Shown here in pieces: positions 30,778 to 40,043 of a DNA stretch of 64,000 bases. The position numbers and the translations under genes were made by a program. This DNA is from Oscillospiraceae bacterium (GTDB lineage: Bacteria > Bacillota > Clostridia > Oscillospirales > Oscillospiraceae). Position 1 is the first letter of the stretch. Each line of letters begins with the position of its first letter. The notes beneath the pieces are model-generated. The model was given only the letters and a program-made list of their open reading frames with translations. It had not been told where the DNA came from and ran no database searches. Location: the NCBI GenBank assembly GCA_030625685.1, contig DAOUQJ010000004.1, positions 7,028-71,027 of the forward strand. Reading direction: 5' to 3'.

Positions 30778-30808
30778 CCTGAAGAAATAACTTCAGGGCT
30801 TTTTTTAT
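30778..30808 (+). terminator. Riboswitch expression-platform terminator
   Basis: Stem cctgaag/cttcagg followed by GCTTTTTTT. Confidence 0.65.
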
Positions 30809-30828
30809 TTTGAAAGTGGGGTGATGAC

Positions 30829-31926
30829 TTGAATAATCATGAATTTTATATGCAAAAAGCATTAGAACTAGCCAAACAAGGCGAGGGACATGTGAATCCC
30901 AATCCTATGGTTGGCGCTGTCATAGTAAAAGATGGCGAAATCCTATCCACCGGTTATCACAAACAATTCGGAAAACGACACGCAGAACGAATCGCAATAG
31001 AAGATGCCCCGACAAGCGTCGAAGGTGCAACGCTGTATGTCACGTTAGAACCTTGCTGTCACGTAGGAAAAACACCCGCGTGCACCGACATCATTCTGCA
31101 AAGTGGAATCAAAACTGTGGTCGTCGCCATGCAAGACCCTAATACACTTGTCAGCGGAAAAGGCAATCAGATTTTGCGAGAACATGGCGTTGAAGTCATC
31201 GTAGGCGTGTTGGAACACGAAGCAAAGGCACTCAATGAAATTTTTTGCAAATTCATAACGAAAAGAAATCCCTTTGTTACCTACAAATACGCTATGACGC
31301 TAGACGGAAAAATTGCAACGCCCAACGGTGCTTCACAGTGGATTTCATCTGAAGCGTCACGCAACTATGTTCAGCATTTGCGCAACAAACACATGGCCAT
31401 CATGGTCGGCGTAAACACTGTCCTTTCTGACAACCCACGACTCAATCCTCGGATTCCAAATCCAAGCACTAGCATCAAAATCATTGTGGATAGCCTCGGA
31501 AAAACACCGCTAGACAGCAATATATTCACATCACCTGGTGAAGTCATCATTGCAGCAACCTATCAAATCGAACCGCAAACAGAAGAAGCGCTCATCCAGC
31601 ATGGTGCAACGGTAATCAAGACCACAGCAGTTGACGGTCAAGTCAATCTCGCTGAGCTTTTAGAGGCGCTTCATAAAAGACAAATTGACAGCATCTTATT
31701 GGAAGGCGGCAAGACCTTGGCAGGCAGTATGCTCACACTTGGTCTCATTGACAAAATTGAAGCGTTTGTCTGTCCTAAAATCATTGGTGAAGGACTCTCG
31801 CCTGTGGGTGGATTTTCCCTCACTGACATTGCAGACAGCATTTCATATTCCATCAAAGATGTAAAAACAATCGGTCAAGATGTGCTACTCACAGCGTATA
31901 AGGAGACACTATGTTTACAGGATTAA
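30829..31926 (+). CDS. ribD: Bifunctional diaminohydroxyphosphoribosylaminopyrimidine deaminase / 5-amino-6-(5-phosphoribosylamino)uracil reductase
   Basis: HAERIAI...TLEPCCHVGKTPAC deaminase zinc motif plus a reductase domain. Confidence 0.9.
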   Translation: MNNHEFYMQKALELAKQGEGHVNPNPMVGAVIVKDGEILSTGYHKQFGKRHAERIAIEDAPTSVEGATLYVTLEPCCHVGKTPACTDIILQSGIKTVVVAMQDPNTLVSGKGNQILREHGVEVIVGVLEHEAKALNEIFCKFITKRNPFVTYKYAMTLDGKIATPNGASQWISSEASRNYVQHLRNKHMAIMVGVNTVLSDNPRLNPRIPNPSTSIKIIVDSLGKTPLDSNIFTSPGEVIIAATYQIEPQTEEALIQHGATVIKTTAVDGQVNLAELLEALHKRQIDSILLEGGKTLAGSMLTLGLIDKIEAFVCPKIIGEGLSPVGGFSLTDIADSISYSIKDVKTIGQDVLLTAYKETLCLQD

Positions 31927-32546
31927 TCGAAGAAATTGGAACCGTTGAGCGCATCCAATCACATGGAACATCAAAACAGCTCAGCATCCATTGTGATAAA
32001 GTTCTCGATGCTGTCTCTATGGGAGATAGCATTGCAACCAATGGCGTATGCTTAACCGTTTCAGACTTTACAAAAAACGCTTTCACAGCAGATGTCATGG
32101 TAGAAACGGTCACCAAAACCAACTTATCTAGCATAAAGATTGGCGACAAAGTCAATTTAGAGAGAGCATTGCGTGTTGGTGACAGATTGGGCGGACATTT
32201 TGTTTCAGGTCACATTGATGGCACAGGCAAAATTCGTTCCGTTCGTAGACTGGAACACGACATTCTCATTAAGATTTCCTGTCCAGATGACCTACTTTCC
32301 TTTATTGTGGAAAAAGGCTCCATCGCTATTGACGGCATTAGCCTAACGGTTGCAAATCTCGGACGAGATTACTTCACCGTTTCCATCATTCCCACCACCA
32401 GCAGTGACACAACACTCACCTCAAGAAATGTAGGCGACGTTGTCAATTTGGAATGTGACATGATCGGAAAATACATTTATAAATTTACAAATCGTGATAC
32501 CCAAGGGGTCACGCTCGACTTACTCAAAGAAAACGGCTTTATTTAG
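31911..32546 (+). CDS. ribE: Riboflavin synthase alpha chain
   Basis: [10 protein letters not shown] start and a duplicated lumazine-binding repeat ([13 protein letters not shown] / [12 protein letters not shown]). Confidence 0.9.
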   Translation: MFTGLIEEIGTVERIQSHGTSKQLSIHCDKVLDAVSMGDSIATNGVCLTVSDFTKNAFTADVMVETVTKTNLSSIKIGDKVNLERALRVGDRLGGHFVSGHIDGTGKIRSVRRLEHDILIKISCPDDLLSFIVEKGSIAIDGISLTVANLGRDYFTVSIIPTTSSDTTLTSRNVGDVVNLECDMIGKYIYKFTNRDTQGVTLDLLKENGFI

Positions 32547-32557
32547 GAGGATTATCT

Positions 32558-33754
32558 ATGTTTGACACGATTGAACAAGCCATAGAAGACATCAAACAAG
32601 GCAAAATGATTGTCGTCGTTGACGATGAAGATAGAGAAAACGAAGGAGATCTTCTCATGGCTGCAGAAAAAGCCACCATGGAAAGCATCAACTTTATGGC
32701 AACTTACGGTCGTGGACTCATTTGTGTGCCCATGAAACGTGATCGCCTTGACAACCTTGGCATTGATCTTATGGTTAAAAATACGACTGACCCCAAAGAA
32801 ACTGCATTTACCATCAGCGTTGACTGCGTTACAAACTCCACTGGCATTTCAGCGCACGACAGAGCAGATACCATCGCTGCCCTTGTCAATGATGAGAGTA
32901 AAAAAACTGATTTTACTACCCCTGGTCATATCTTCCCTCTCATTAGTAAAGAAGGCGGTGTACTGAAACGCGCAGGTCATACTGAAGCTGCCACAGACTT
33001 TGCTACTCTTGCAGGTCTCAAACCAGCTGGCGTAATCTGTGAAATCATGAATGACGATGGCACGATGGCTAGAGTTCCTGACCTCATTAAATACAAAGAA
33101 AAGCACAACCTCACGTTTGTCACCATCAAAGATTTGATTGCTTATCGCAGAAAAACTGAAAAAATCATTCGCAGAGAAGCTGAAGTGCCAATGCCAACCA
33201 AATATGGCGAATTCAAAGCAGTAGGCTATGAAAACAAACTAGATGGCACTCATCATGTAGCACTAGTCAAAGGCGATATTTCCCCTGATGAACCTGTTTT
33301 GGTACGTGTACACTCCGAATGCCTAACGGGTGACGTATTCGGCTCACTACGTTGCGACTGTGGTGAACAGTTTGCTGCTGCCATGAACGCCATTGAAAAA
33401 GAAGGTAAAGGCATTTTACTTTATCTAAGACAAGAAGGCCGCGGCATTGGTCTTATCAATAAACTCAAAGCCTATCATCTGCAAGACCAAGGTATGGACA
33501 CTGCAGAGGCCAATCTTGCCCTCGGTTTTCCCGCTGAAATGCGTGAGTATGGTGTTGGGGCTGAAATCTTATCGGATTTGGGTGCAAACAAAATTCGTCT
33601 TCTCACAAACAATCCTAAGAAAATCAGTGGGCTGTCTGGATACGGCATTGAAATTGTAGAACGTGTTCCCATTGATATGGGTTATCACGAAGAAAACTAT
33701 CACTATTTGAAGACAAAGAAAAATAAAATGGGTCACATCTTAGACATCAACTAA
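32558..33754 (+). CDS. ribBA: Bifunctional 3,4-dihydroxy-2-butanone-4-phosphate synthase / GTP cyclohydrolase II
   Basis: [11 protein letters not shown] (DHBP synthase) and [18 protein letters not shown] (GCH II) motifs. Confidence 0.9.
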   Translation: MFDTIEQAIEDIKQGKMIVVVDDEDRENEGDLLMAAEKATMESINFMATYGRGLICVPMKRDRLDNLGIDLMVKNTTDPKETAFTISVDCVTNSTGISAHDRADTIAALVNDESKKTDFTTPGHIFPLISKEGGVLKRAGHTEAATDFATLAGLKPAGVICEIMNDDGTMARVPDLIKYKEKHNLTFVTIKDLIAYRRKTEKIIRREAEVPMPTKYGEFKAVGYENKLDGTHHVALVKGDISPDEPVLVRVHSECLTGDVFGSLRCDCGEQFAAAMNAIEKEGKGILLYLRQEGRGIGLINKLKAYHLQDQGMDTAEANLALGFPAEMREYGVGAEILSDLGANKIRLLTNNPKKISGLSGYGIEIVERVPIDMGYHEENYHYLKTKKNKMGHILDIN

Positions 33755-33769
33755 TAAGGAGAATTAATC

Positions 33770-34231
33770 ATGAAAAAATTTGAAGGATTATTACATTCCA
33801 CAGGCAAAAAATATGGCATTGTTGTTGGACGTTTCAACGATTTCATTGGCAGCAAACTGTTAGATGGCGCGATTGATGCTCTCACTCGTCACGGCGTTGA
33901 CCGCTCTGAAATCGAAATCGCCTATGTTCCTGGCGCTTTTGAAATCCCACTTGTGGCGCAAAAAATGGCGCAAAGCGATACGTATCATGCCGTCATCTGT
34001 TTGGGTGCAGTCATCAAAGGCAGCACACCACACTTTGACTACGTATCCAGTGAAGTGACAAAAGGCATTGCGCAAGTTTCTCTACAAACTGGCAAACCAG
34101 TTATCTTTGGCGTTCTCACCACTGATTCTATTGAGCAAGCAATTGAACGTGCAGGCACAAAATCTGGAAACAAAGGCTTTGAAGCTGCAGTCACTGCCAT
34201 TGAAATGGTCAATTTGTTGGAAAGCATTTAA
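33770..34231 (+). CDS. ribH: 6,7-dimethyl-8-ribityllumazine synthase
   Basis: [11 protein letters not shown] and VPGAFEIPL motifs. Confidence 0.9.
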   Translation: MKKFEGLLHSTGKKYGIVVGRFNDFIGSKLLDGAIDALTRHGVDRSEIEIAYVPGAFEIPLVAQKMAQSDTYHAVICLGAVIKGSTPHFDYVSSEVTKGIAQVSLQTGKPVIFGVLTTDSIEQAIERAGTKSGNKGFEAAVTAIEMVNLLESI

Positions 34232-34270
34232 CCTTGTCACATTATTAAAATTTCCTCCCCTATATATTCA

Positions 34271-34309
34271 AAAAACACCTCTTCAAGATGAAGAGGTGTT
34301 TTCTTTTTC
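34271..34309. terminator. Bidirectional terminator between ribH and the HD-domain gene
   Basis: Stem acacctcttc/gaagaggtgt flanked by A and T runs. Confidence 0.65.
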
Positions 34310-34321
34310 ATTATTCATTGG

Positions 34322-34807
34322 TTATGCCGGTACATGTGCTGGTCTATACTTGCTTCTCACGAAGAATCTAAGACGTCCAAAGTATTCTGCGATGGCAAGA
34401 CCTTTGTCAACAAAGCTGACCACAAAGGCTTCTCTCGTCTTTGGCAATCCCATTGGGAACATGTGACCTGTAATGATATTTCGTTCTTTGGCATTGAGCT
34501 CAAAGTGTTGTAGTGCATTTTGTAGTGCAATTTTAGGATGGTTTTTTGTGTGACAAAACGCGTCTTTCAACAAACTTAATCCACTGGTTTTTTTGAATTT
34601 ATACAAGTAAAAATCATGTAAGAGGCATCCTCTTGTGATAGCCACATGATCCAATTTTAGCTTCTTGGCAATTTTATAAGAAACATATGCTGTTCCCAAA
34701 CAGTGATCAAACACAGTACCATGGTGGTGCGGAATGTTTCGCATTTCTAAATATGCTTCATGCGTAATGATAGGTCTGGCAATTTGGTAAAACTCTTTTT
34801 TATGCAT
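34322..34807 (-). CDS. HD-domain phosphohydrolase
   Basis: The H...HD pattern (HHHGTVFDHCL, LLHD) in a 161-aa protein. Confidence 0.65.
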   Translation of the reverse strand: MHKKEFYQIARPIITHEAYLEMRNIPHHHGTVFDHCLGTAYVSYKIAKKLKLDHVAITRGCLLHDFYLYKFKKTSGLSLLKDAFCHTKNHPKIALQNALQHFELNAKERNIITGHMFPMGLPKTREAFVVSFVDKGLAIAEYFGRLRFFVRSKYRPAHVPA

Positions 34808-35031
34808 GAGCTGGCATTACCCCTTTCAGAAATCATTGCAACTATCCTGCTAATCATATTGTATCACATTTACTGTGCTTTGCAAGTCATTTATAAAGGT
34901 AATACAGCAATAAAACACCCCACATTTTGTCATAATATACAAATTGAACGGGGTGTTTTCTCAATTTTTCAATATATTTTCACAAATGAGAATATATGTG
35001 TTATATTGAATGTATGAAAAAATGAAGATAC

Positions 35032-35463
35032 TTAGTCTAGTTTATATTCAAAACAGTATGCGCATTTATGGAAACCATACTTTTCATAAAATTTATGCGC
35101 ACCTTCTCTTGGCAAACCAGTGTCAAGAATCATGGCATGACAACCATGTTCAGTTGCAATGGTTTTTGTATGGTTCATAAGGGCAGTGCCATAGCCTTTT
35201 GTTCTTTGATCTTCATTTGTGATAATACTTGCAATATAACAAGTTTTTCCAGACATCCAAAATGTATTGAAAAAGGAACCATGACAAAATCCAACTGGTT
35301 TTCCGTCATCATACAAGAAGAACGCAAAGTCATTCTCGTTTTTAAGCACTTCTTTGTAAACCTTTTCAATCACTGCGCGATCGTATGTGTTATACGTCCA
35401 AAGTTTTTCGATATAATCAAAAGCCAAATCAAAATCATCCATAGTTGCATTTTTAATTTCCAT
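35032..35463 (-). CDS. GNAT-family N-acetyltransferase
   Basis: QRTKGYGTALMNH (the R/QxxGxG/A acetyl-CoA motif). Confidence 0.8.
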   Translation of the reverse strand: MEIKNATMDDFDLAFDYIEKLWTYNTYDRAVIEKVYKEVLKNENDFAFFLYDDGKPVGFCHGSFFNTFWMSGKTCYIASIITNEDQRTKGYGTALMNHTKTIATEHGCHAMILDTGLPREGAHKFYEKYGFHKCAYCFEYKLD

Positions 35464-35640
35464 GATTAATTCCCCTTATTGTAAAAATTCTACAATAGAT
35501 TATATCACACAATTTCCATATTGCAAGCTTGTATTCCTTTGTTTTTTCGTGATAATGACCAATTCATCGCTTCACAATCAATCATTGGTATGTTGCTCTT
35601 CCCTTCTGCATAGAAATGAAAGAGAAAGGATGGACAAGCC

Positions 35641-35811
35641 ATGTGTACAGAAAAACAAAACTTGCAAATACGTTTTCATAACCCCAATCCGCAAGGGGAT
35701 TTTGAACGACATCTATGTCATTTACTTGCAAAGGAGCTGAGCATTATTTCAGCTACGCAAGTTAATGTGCTCGAACATCCCCCCTATTCCCATCAAAAAC
35801 AACCTAAATGA
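35641..35811 (+). CDS. Small ORF (56 aa) upstream of the recombinase gene; candidate accessory or directionality factor
   Basis: Below the ORF-track cutoff. MCTEKQNLQIRFHNPNPQGDFERHLCHLLAKELS... AGGA lies about 10 nt upstream. I recognise no homology. Confidence 0.3.
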   Translation: MCTEKQNLQIRFHNPNPQGDFERHLCHLLAKELSIISATQVNVLEHPPYSHQKQPK

Positions 35812-35877
35812 TTACGAGCAAGGCTAATTGCCTTGCTCGCTTAGCTATATCCCAATTTTTGAAAGCAGGTGATCACA

Positions 35878-37371
35878 ATGCAGGCAGTTGCCTACTGTCG
35901 CGTATCCACAAACAAAGAGGAACAAATAGATAGTCTTCAAGCACAACAAGAGTTTTTTACAGAATATGCAAAAAGGCACAATCACGAACTCATCGAAATC
36001 TATGCTGATGAAGGCAAAAGTGGGACCAAAATGAAACACAGGGTCGCTCTCATTCAAATGTTATGCGATGCTGAGCGAGGTGAGTTTCAAATGGTTCTCA
36101 TTAAAGACGTTTCCAGACTTGCTAGAAATACCGTTGATTTTTTAACAAGCATTCGCAAACTCAAATCTGCAGGAATAGAAGTCATCTTTGTCAATTATGA
36201 TATGACAACATCAGACTCCAGTGAGTTTATGCTCACCATGCTCTCTGCCATCGCACAAGAAGAGAGCTCTAACACCTCAAAGAGAATAAAATTTGGTAAA
36301 AAAATAAATGCAGAAAAGGGACGCATTCCAAATTTATGTTATGGGTATGAAAAAACAAAGGGCGATTACTTTCAGCTTGCAATAAACCCCGAAGAGGCCG
36401 CCATTATACAAAACATCTTTCATATGTATATTCATGAAGGCTTGGGGTCAAGTCGCATTGCCAAACAGCTCAACGCACAAGGCGCTCTCACCAAACGACT
36501 GCTACCTTTTAGTCAGCATAGCATTTCTCGCATCCTCACAAATGAAATCTACATAGGAAAAGTTGTCAATGGCAAAGAGTGTATTGAAGATTTTCTAACT
36601 GGAAAGCGCCTTTCCCAGCCTGAAGATGCTTGGTCTATCACGTGCAATGAATCTCTTCGCATTATAGATGATGAAACCTTTTTCAAAGCGCAACGAGTCA
36701 TGAAAGATCGTCAAAATACCTTTCATCAAACTGGTGAAAAGAAAAGCTCTAAACACCCATTTTCCAAAGTCATTTACTGTGCATGTTGTGGATACGCATA
36801 CCGTCAAATCGTGCGAAAGTATAAACGCACCTATGTGCGCTGGTGTTGTAGTGGGCGCAATACGAAAGGCACAGACTTTTGCCATAACACGGTAAATCTT
36901 GACGAGCAATTTCTGCTGAGCACAATCAAATCAAAGCTACTCGAAATGCTACAATCTCAGCAAAATGCCTTGTTTCTCATCAAAACTGAATATCAAAAGT
37001 GTATGAAGACTACCAAACGTGATGCTACCAATATACTCACATTAAAAAAAGAGCGTGACCTTTTTAAACACCACATGCGAAAATACAAAGAAATGTTCAA
37101 AGCAAATATCATTGAACTAAACGAACTTCAACTGGAAACGACTAGACTCCAAGACAAAATTGATGTTTTGGATTGTCGCATAGCAAATCATGCCACCTGT
37201 AGCAAACCACCTTTGCTTTCTCTGCTCGATCATACTAGTGCTTGTGATGGGTTAGAAAGCATTCTGACTCTAATGCCCTTTTCGAATCAATTCATTTGTG
37301 AACTTGTAGAAAATATCACCGTAGATCATGACGGTGCTGTTTGCATCAATTTCAAGCAACTCAAACACTAA
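35878..37371 (+). CDS. Large serine recombinase (resolvase/invertase catalytic domain, recombinase domain and zinc ribbon)
   Basis: MQAVAYCRVSTNKEEQ (catalytic Ser), DVSRLARN, AQEESSNTSKRIKFG, and Cys-rich CACCGYAY...WCCSG. The stop is about 20 bp from the right att core. I prefer ATG 35878 to the upstream GTG. Confidence 0.9.
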   Translation: MQAVAYCRVSTNKEEQIDSLQAQQEFFTEYAKRHNHELIEIYADEGKSGTKMKHRVALIQMLCDAERGEFQMVLIKDVSRLARNTVDFLTSIRKLKSAGIEVIFVNYDMTTSDSSEFMLTMLSAIAQEESSNTSKRIKFGKKINAEKGRIPNLCYGYEKTKGDYFQLAINPEEAAIIQNIFHMYIHEGLGSSRIAKQLNAQGALTKRLLPFSQHSISRILTNEIYIGKVVNGKECIEDFLTGKRLSQPEDAWSITCNESLRIIDDETFFKAQRVMKDRQNTFHQTGEKKSSKHPFSKVIYCACCGYAYRQIVRKYKRTYVRWCCSGRNTKGTDFCHNTVNLDEQFLLSTIKSKLLEMLQSQQNALFLIKTEYQKCMKTTKRDATNILTLKKERDLFKHHMRKYKEMFKANIIELNELQLETTRLQDKIDVLDCRIANHATCSKPPLLSLLDHTSACDGLESILTLMPFSNQFICELVENITVDHDGAVCINFKQLKH

Positions 37372-37390
37372 AAACCGTTCTATTATATGA

Positions 37391-37402
37391 CAACTGTACA
37401 TA
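37391..37402. repeat. Right junction (attR) core CAACTGTACATA
   Basis: Identical to 29670-29681. Confidence 0.8.
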
Positions 37403-37548
37403 AAGACTTATCAGAACGTCTGCCTTCATTTAACCAGCCTTTGTACATGCAAGCCAAGCGTGTATTAGAGCAAAACAAAGCAGAACGCCATATTAGAGGC
37501 GGAATTGCCACTCGCAATAAGTATAAAAGTAATTGTGTTGAATCATAG
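37401..37548 (+). CDS. spoIIID: spoIIID 3' segment (about 48 codons plus stop)
   Basis: Not in the ORF track because it has no start codon. In frame with the 5' segment it reads (STVH)KDLSERLPSFNQPLYMQAKRVLEQNKAERHIRGGIATRNKYK. Compare B. subtilis STVHKDLTERLPEINPDLANEVKEILDYHKSIRGHLGGKATKLKYK. Confidence 0.8.
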
Positions 37549-37572
37549 TATTTAGTAGCCTCACTCAATTGC

Positions 37573-37606
37573 AAAAAACCTGCTTACACATGTGCAAGCA
37601 GGTTTT
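37573..37606. terminator. Bidirectional terminator between spoIIID and the yloV-like gene
   Basis: Stem cctgctt/aagcagg, with AAAAAA upstream and TTTT downstream. Confidence 0.55.
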
Positions 37607-37622
37607 ACTTTTCATATAATAT

Positions 37623-39248
37623 TTATTCTACAGAAATCACATAGGCATACACTGGCTGGCCGCCACGCACCAAAGTAATTTCAGCATCTGGACAAGCCTC
37701 TGCAAATTGTGTTTCCACTTGCTGTGCCTCTTCCAAATTCACATCTTCTCCATAGAATATAGTGACAAACTCTGCATTTTTCTTCTTGCATTCTTCTGCC
37801 AATCCATCTAAGAGCACTTCCATTTTTTCATTGGTGGCAAAGAGTTGATTGTCTACGAGTGCCAAGTAATCCCCTTCGCTGATTTCAGCCCCATCAAAAG
37901 AAGAATTTCTAGCCGCATAGGTCACTTCCATTGTCGCAACGTTAGAAAGCGCATCTTGCATTGCTGCAGTATTCGTATGCTCTTCCCCTTCAAAATCCAT
38001 ATTGAGCATTGCGGAAATGCCTTGTGGCACGGTCTTACTCGGAATGACAATAACCGTTTTGTTTTCCACCAATTTCACACACTGTTCCGCCGCCATAATG
38101 ATGTTTTTGTTGTTTGGCAAAACATAGACGATTTCAGCAGGGGTTTGATTAATCTTTGTTAAAATATCATCGGTGGAGGGATTCATCGTTTGCCCACCTT
38201 CAATGATTTGGTCTGCACCCAATTCAGAGAAGACGTTTGCCACACCGTCACCTGCACAAACTGCGACAAAACCATAGCGTTTTTCAGGTTCTGCTTCTGT
38301 CACTTGGCTTGCACTCTTCTCCAAAATCTCTGAGTGTTGTTCACGCATGTTTTCAATTTTGATTGTTTGAAGTGCTCCATATGTGAGTGCCTCTTCCAGC
38401 ACATTTCCAGGATGATTGGTATGCACATGCACTTTGATGATTTCATCGTCTTCTACCATAACGATGCTATCTCCAATGTCTTTTAAGAAAAAGCGCAGTG
38501 CATCGGGGTCTTTGTCTGTATCACGAGAGCAAATGAATTCTGTACAGTATCCAAAGGTAATATCTTCTGGTGCAATAGAAGCCATTGCAGAAGATTCTGA
38601 CTTCGTCTCAATTTCTTCTACCTCAGGCGCTTTAATGCCTCGAATTTCATTGAGCATGGCTTTCACGATAATAAGGTAACCCATACCACCTGCATCGACT
38701 ACGCCAGCTTTCTTGAGCACTGGATTTTGCTCGGTGGTTTCTGCCAGTGCAACTTCACCTGCTTTTATTGCTTCTTCAATGACAAATTCTGCATTGTTAT
38801 CTTCATTTGCTGCTTCTTCTGCACGTGTTGCCATCACGCGAGACACCGTCAAAATAGTGCCTTCGGCAGGTTTCATCACCGCTTTATACGCTGATGTCAC
38901 CCCTTTGCTCAGTGCCGTTGCAAACTGCAAGCCATCCACTGTATCCGCATCTTTGAGTGATTTTGAAAAACCACGAAATAACAAGGATAAAATGACCCCT
39001 GAATTTCCTCTTGCGCCTCTGAGCATGGCATTTGCCACAACAGAAGTCACCTCACCAATGCTGCTTGGATTTTTTTCAATGAGTTCTTTTGCTGCGCTTG
39101 CTATGGTCAAACTCATATTGGTTCCCGTGTCACCATCTGGAACAGGAAATACGTTGAGTTCGTTGATCGTTTCTTTTTCTTGAAACAGAGAAGCTGAAGC
39201 ATTTTTCATCATTCTAGCCAGCAGATCTCCTTCTAGAAATTGTTTCAT
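37623..39248 (-). CDS. DAK2-domain fusion protein (YloV family)
   Basis: N-terminal DhaL-like FPVPDGDTGTNM and a C-terminal DegV-like half. It sits downstream of an Asp23 gene, as in the yloU-yloV pair. Confidence 0.85.
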   Translation of the reverse strand: MKQFLEGDLLARMMKNASASLFQEKETINELNVFPVPDGDTGTNMSLTIASAAKELIEKNPSSIGEVTSVVANAMLRGARGNSGVILSLLFRGFSKSLKDADTVDGLQFATALSKGVTSAYKAVMKPAEGTILTVSRVMATRAEEAANEDNNAEFVIEEAIKAGEVALAETTEQNPVLKKAGVVDAGGMGYLIIVKAMLNEIRGIKAPEVEEIETKSESSAMASIAPEDITFGYCTEFICSRDTDKDPDALRFFLKDIGDSIVMVEDDEIIKVHVHTNHPGNVLEEALTYGALQTIKIENMREQHSEILEKSASQVTEAEPEKRYGFVAVCAGDGVANVFSELGADQIIEGGQTMNPSTDDILTKINQTPAEIVYVLPNNKNIIMAAEQCVKLVENKTVIVIPSKTVPQGISAMLNMDFEGEEHTNTAAMQDALSNVATMEVTYAARNSSFDGAEISEGDYLALVDNQLFATNEKMEVLLDGLAEECKKKNAEFVTIFYGEDVNLEEAQQVETQFAEACPDAEITLVRGGQPVYAYVISVE

Positions 39249-39274
39249 GACTGTTTCCTTCCCTTCGATCCGCT

Positions 39275-39625
39275 TTAGTCTATTTGCATGGCGTCAACAT
39301 AAACGTTGACATCCTTAATTTCTATGCCAGTTAAATTTGTTACTTCATATTTCACTTCATTCATAATGGCATTGCCCACTGCTTGTAAGTTAATACCATT
39401 ATCCACAATGATATGCAATTCCACTGAAACTACGTTGTCTTCTTCTGGAATCACTTTTACGCCTTTGGCCATACTTTCACTGCGCAATAAATGTACAAGA
39501 CCATCTTTTTTGGAACGAGCCGCCATACCTTTCACACCAAAACAACTGGTGGCTACAGCACCTGTGATTGTCGTAAACACTTCTTGACTCATTTCAATCG
39601 TGCCAAATTCATTTCGAATTTTCAT
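39275..39625 (-). CDS. Asp23/Gls24-family alkaline shock protein (YloU-like)
   Basis: 116 aa. The GVKGMA... pattern and genomic context. Confidence 0.8.
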   Translation of the reverse strand: MKIRNEFGTIEMSQEVFTTITGAVATSCFGVKGMAARSKKDGLVHLLRSESMAKGVKVIPEEDNVVSVELHIIVDNGINLQAVGNAIMNEVKYEVTNLTGIEIKDVNVYVDAMQID

Positions 39626-39755
39626 GTGCGATTCTTCCTTTCTATTACGTATGTATTATAATTTCACAATTTTTTTCTTTGAGCGTTGTATTTTTCTTCA
39701 ATATCGTGTAAAATACTAACATCAACATTATACAATAAAAGAAGGAGGATTTTGC

Positions 39756-39947
39756 ATGAAAGTTGCAAATCTTGTATTGAAAATTGCTGCACTCATACTT
39801 GGCGCTGCCGCAATTGTCTGTTGCATCCTTGGAAACCTAGAAACCATTACGGATGGACTTGTATGCGTAAGAGATCGCATCAAATCCAAAGGAGTTCGTT
39901 GCTGTTCTGGCGACGCCGAAGTAGATTTCGAAGACTGGGATATTTAA
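39756..39947 (+). CDS. Small membrane protein, hypothetical
   Basis: Strong AAGGAGGA SD 6 nt upstream, one TM helix, and a terminator at 40011-40043. Confidence 0.45.
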   Translation: MKVANLVLKIAALILGAAAIVCCILGNLETITDGLVCVRDRIKSKGVRCCSGDAEVDFEDWDI

Positions 39948-40010
39948 TCCTCCATCTATAACCGTCATATACGCTAGTGCACCATGAACCAAATAGATTT
40001 ATGACACAGC

Positions 40011-40043
40011 CATCCAGAAGTTAATGCTTCTGGATGTTTTTTT
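40011..40043 (+). terminator. Intrinsic terminator
   Basis: Stem catccagaag/cttctggatg followed by TTTTTTT. Confidence 0.7.

Larger units (their letters stand above)
29680..37400 (+). mobile_element. spoIIID intervening element (7,721 bp) carrying one large serine recombinase gene
   Basis: It is bounded by the 12-bp direct repeats. Joining its ends gives TGACAACTGTA-CA-TACAGTTGTCA, a perfect 11-bp inverted repeat around a non-palindromic dinucleotide. Deleting it restores an in-frame 86-codon spoIIID. Confidence 0.8.

Noticed and set aside
35462-35740. 92-aa plus-strand ORF upstream of the recombinase gene
   Set aside because: It has no convincing SD and a composition typical of non-coding sequence. 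The overlapping 56-codon ORF in another frame (35641-35811) is a slightly better candidate, though also weak.
37383-37574. 63-aa minus-strand ORF
   Set aside because: It lies antisense to the spoIIID 3' segment, which has clear family similarity. It has no SD and no recognisable motif.
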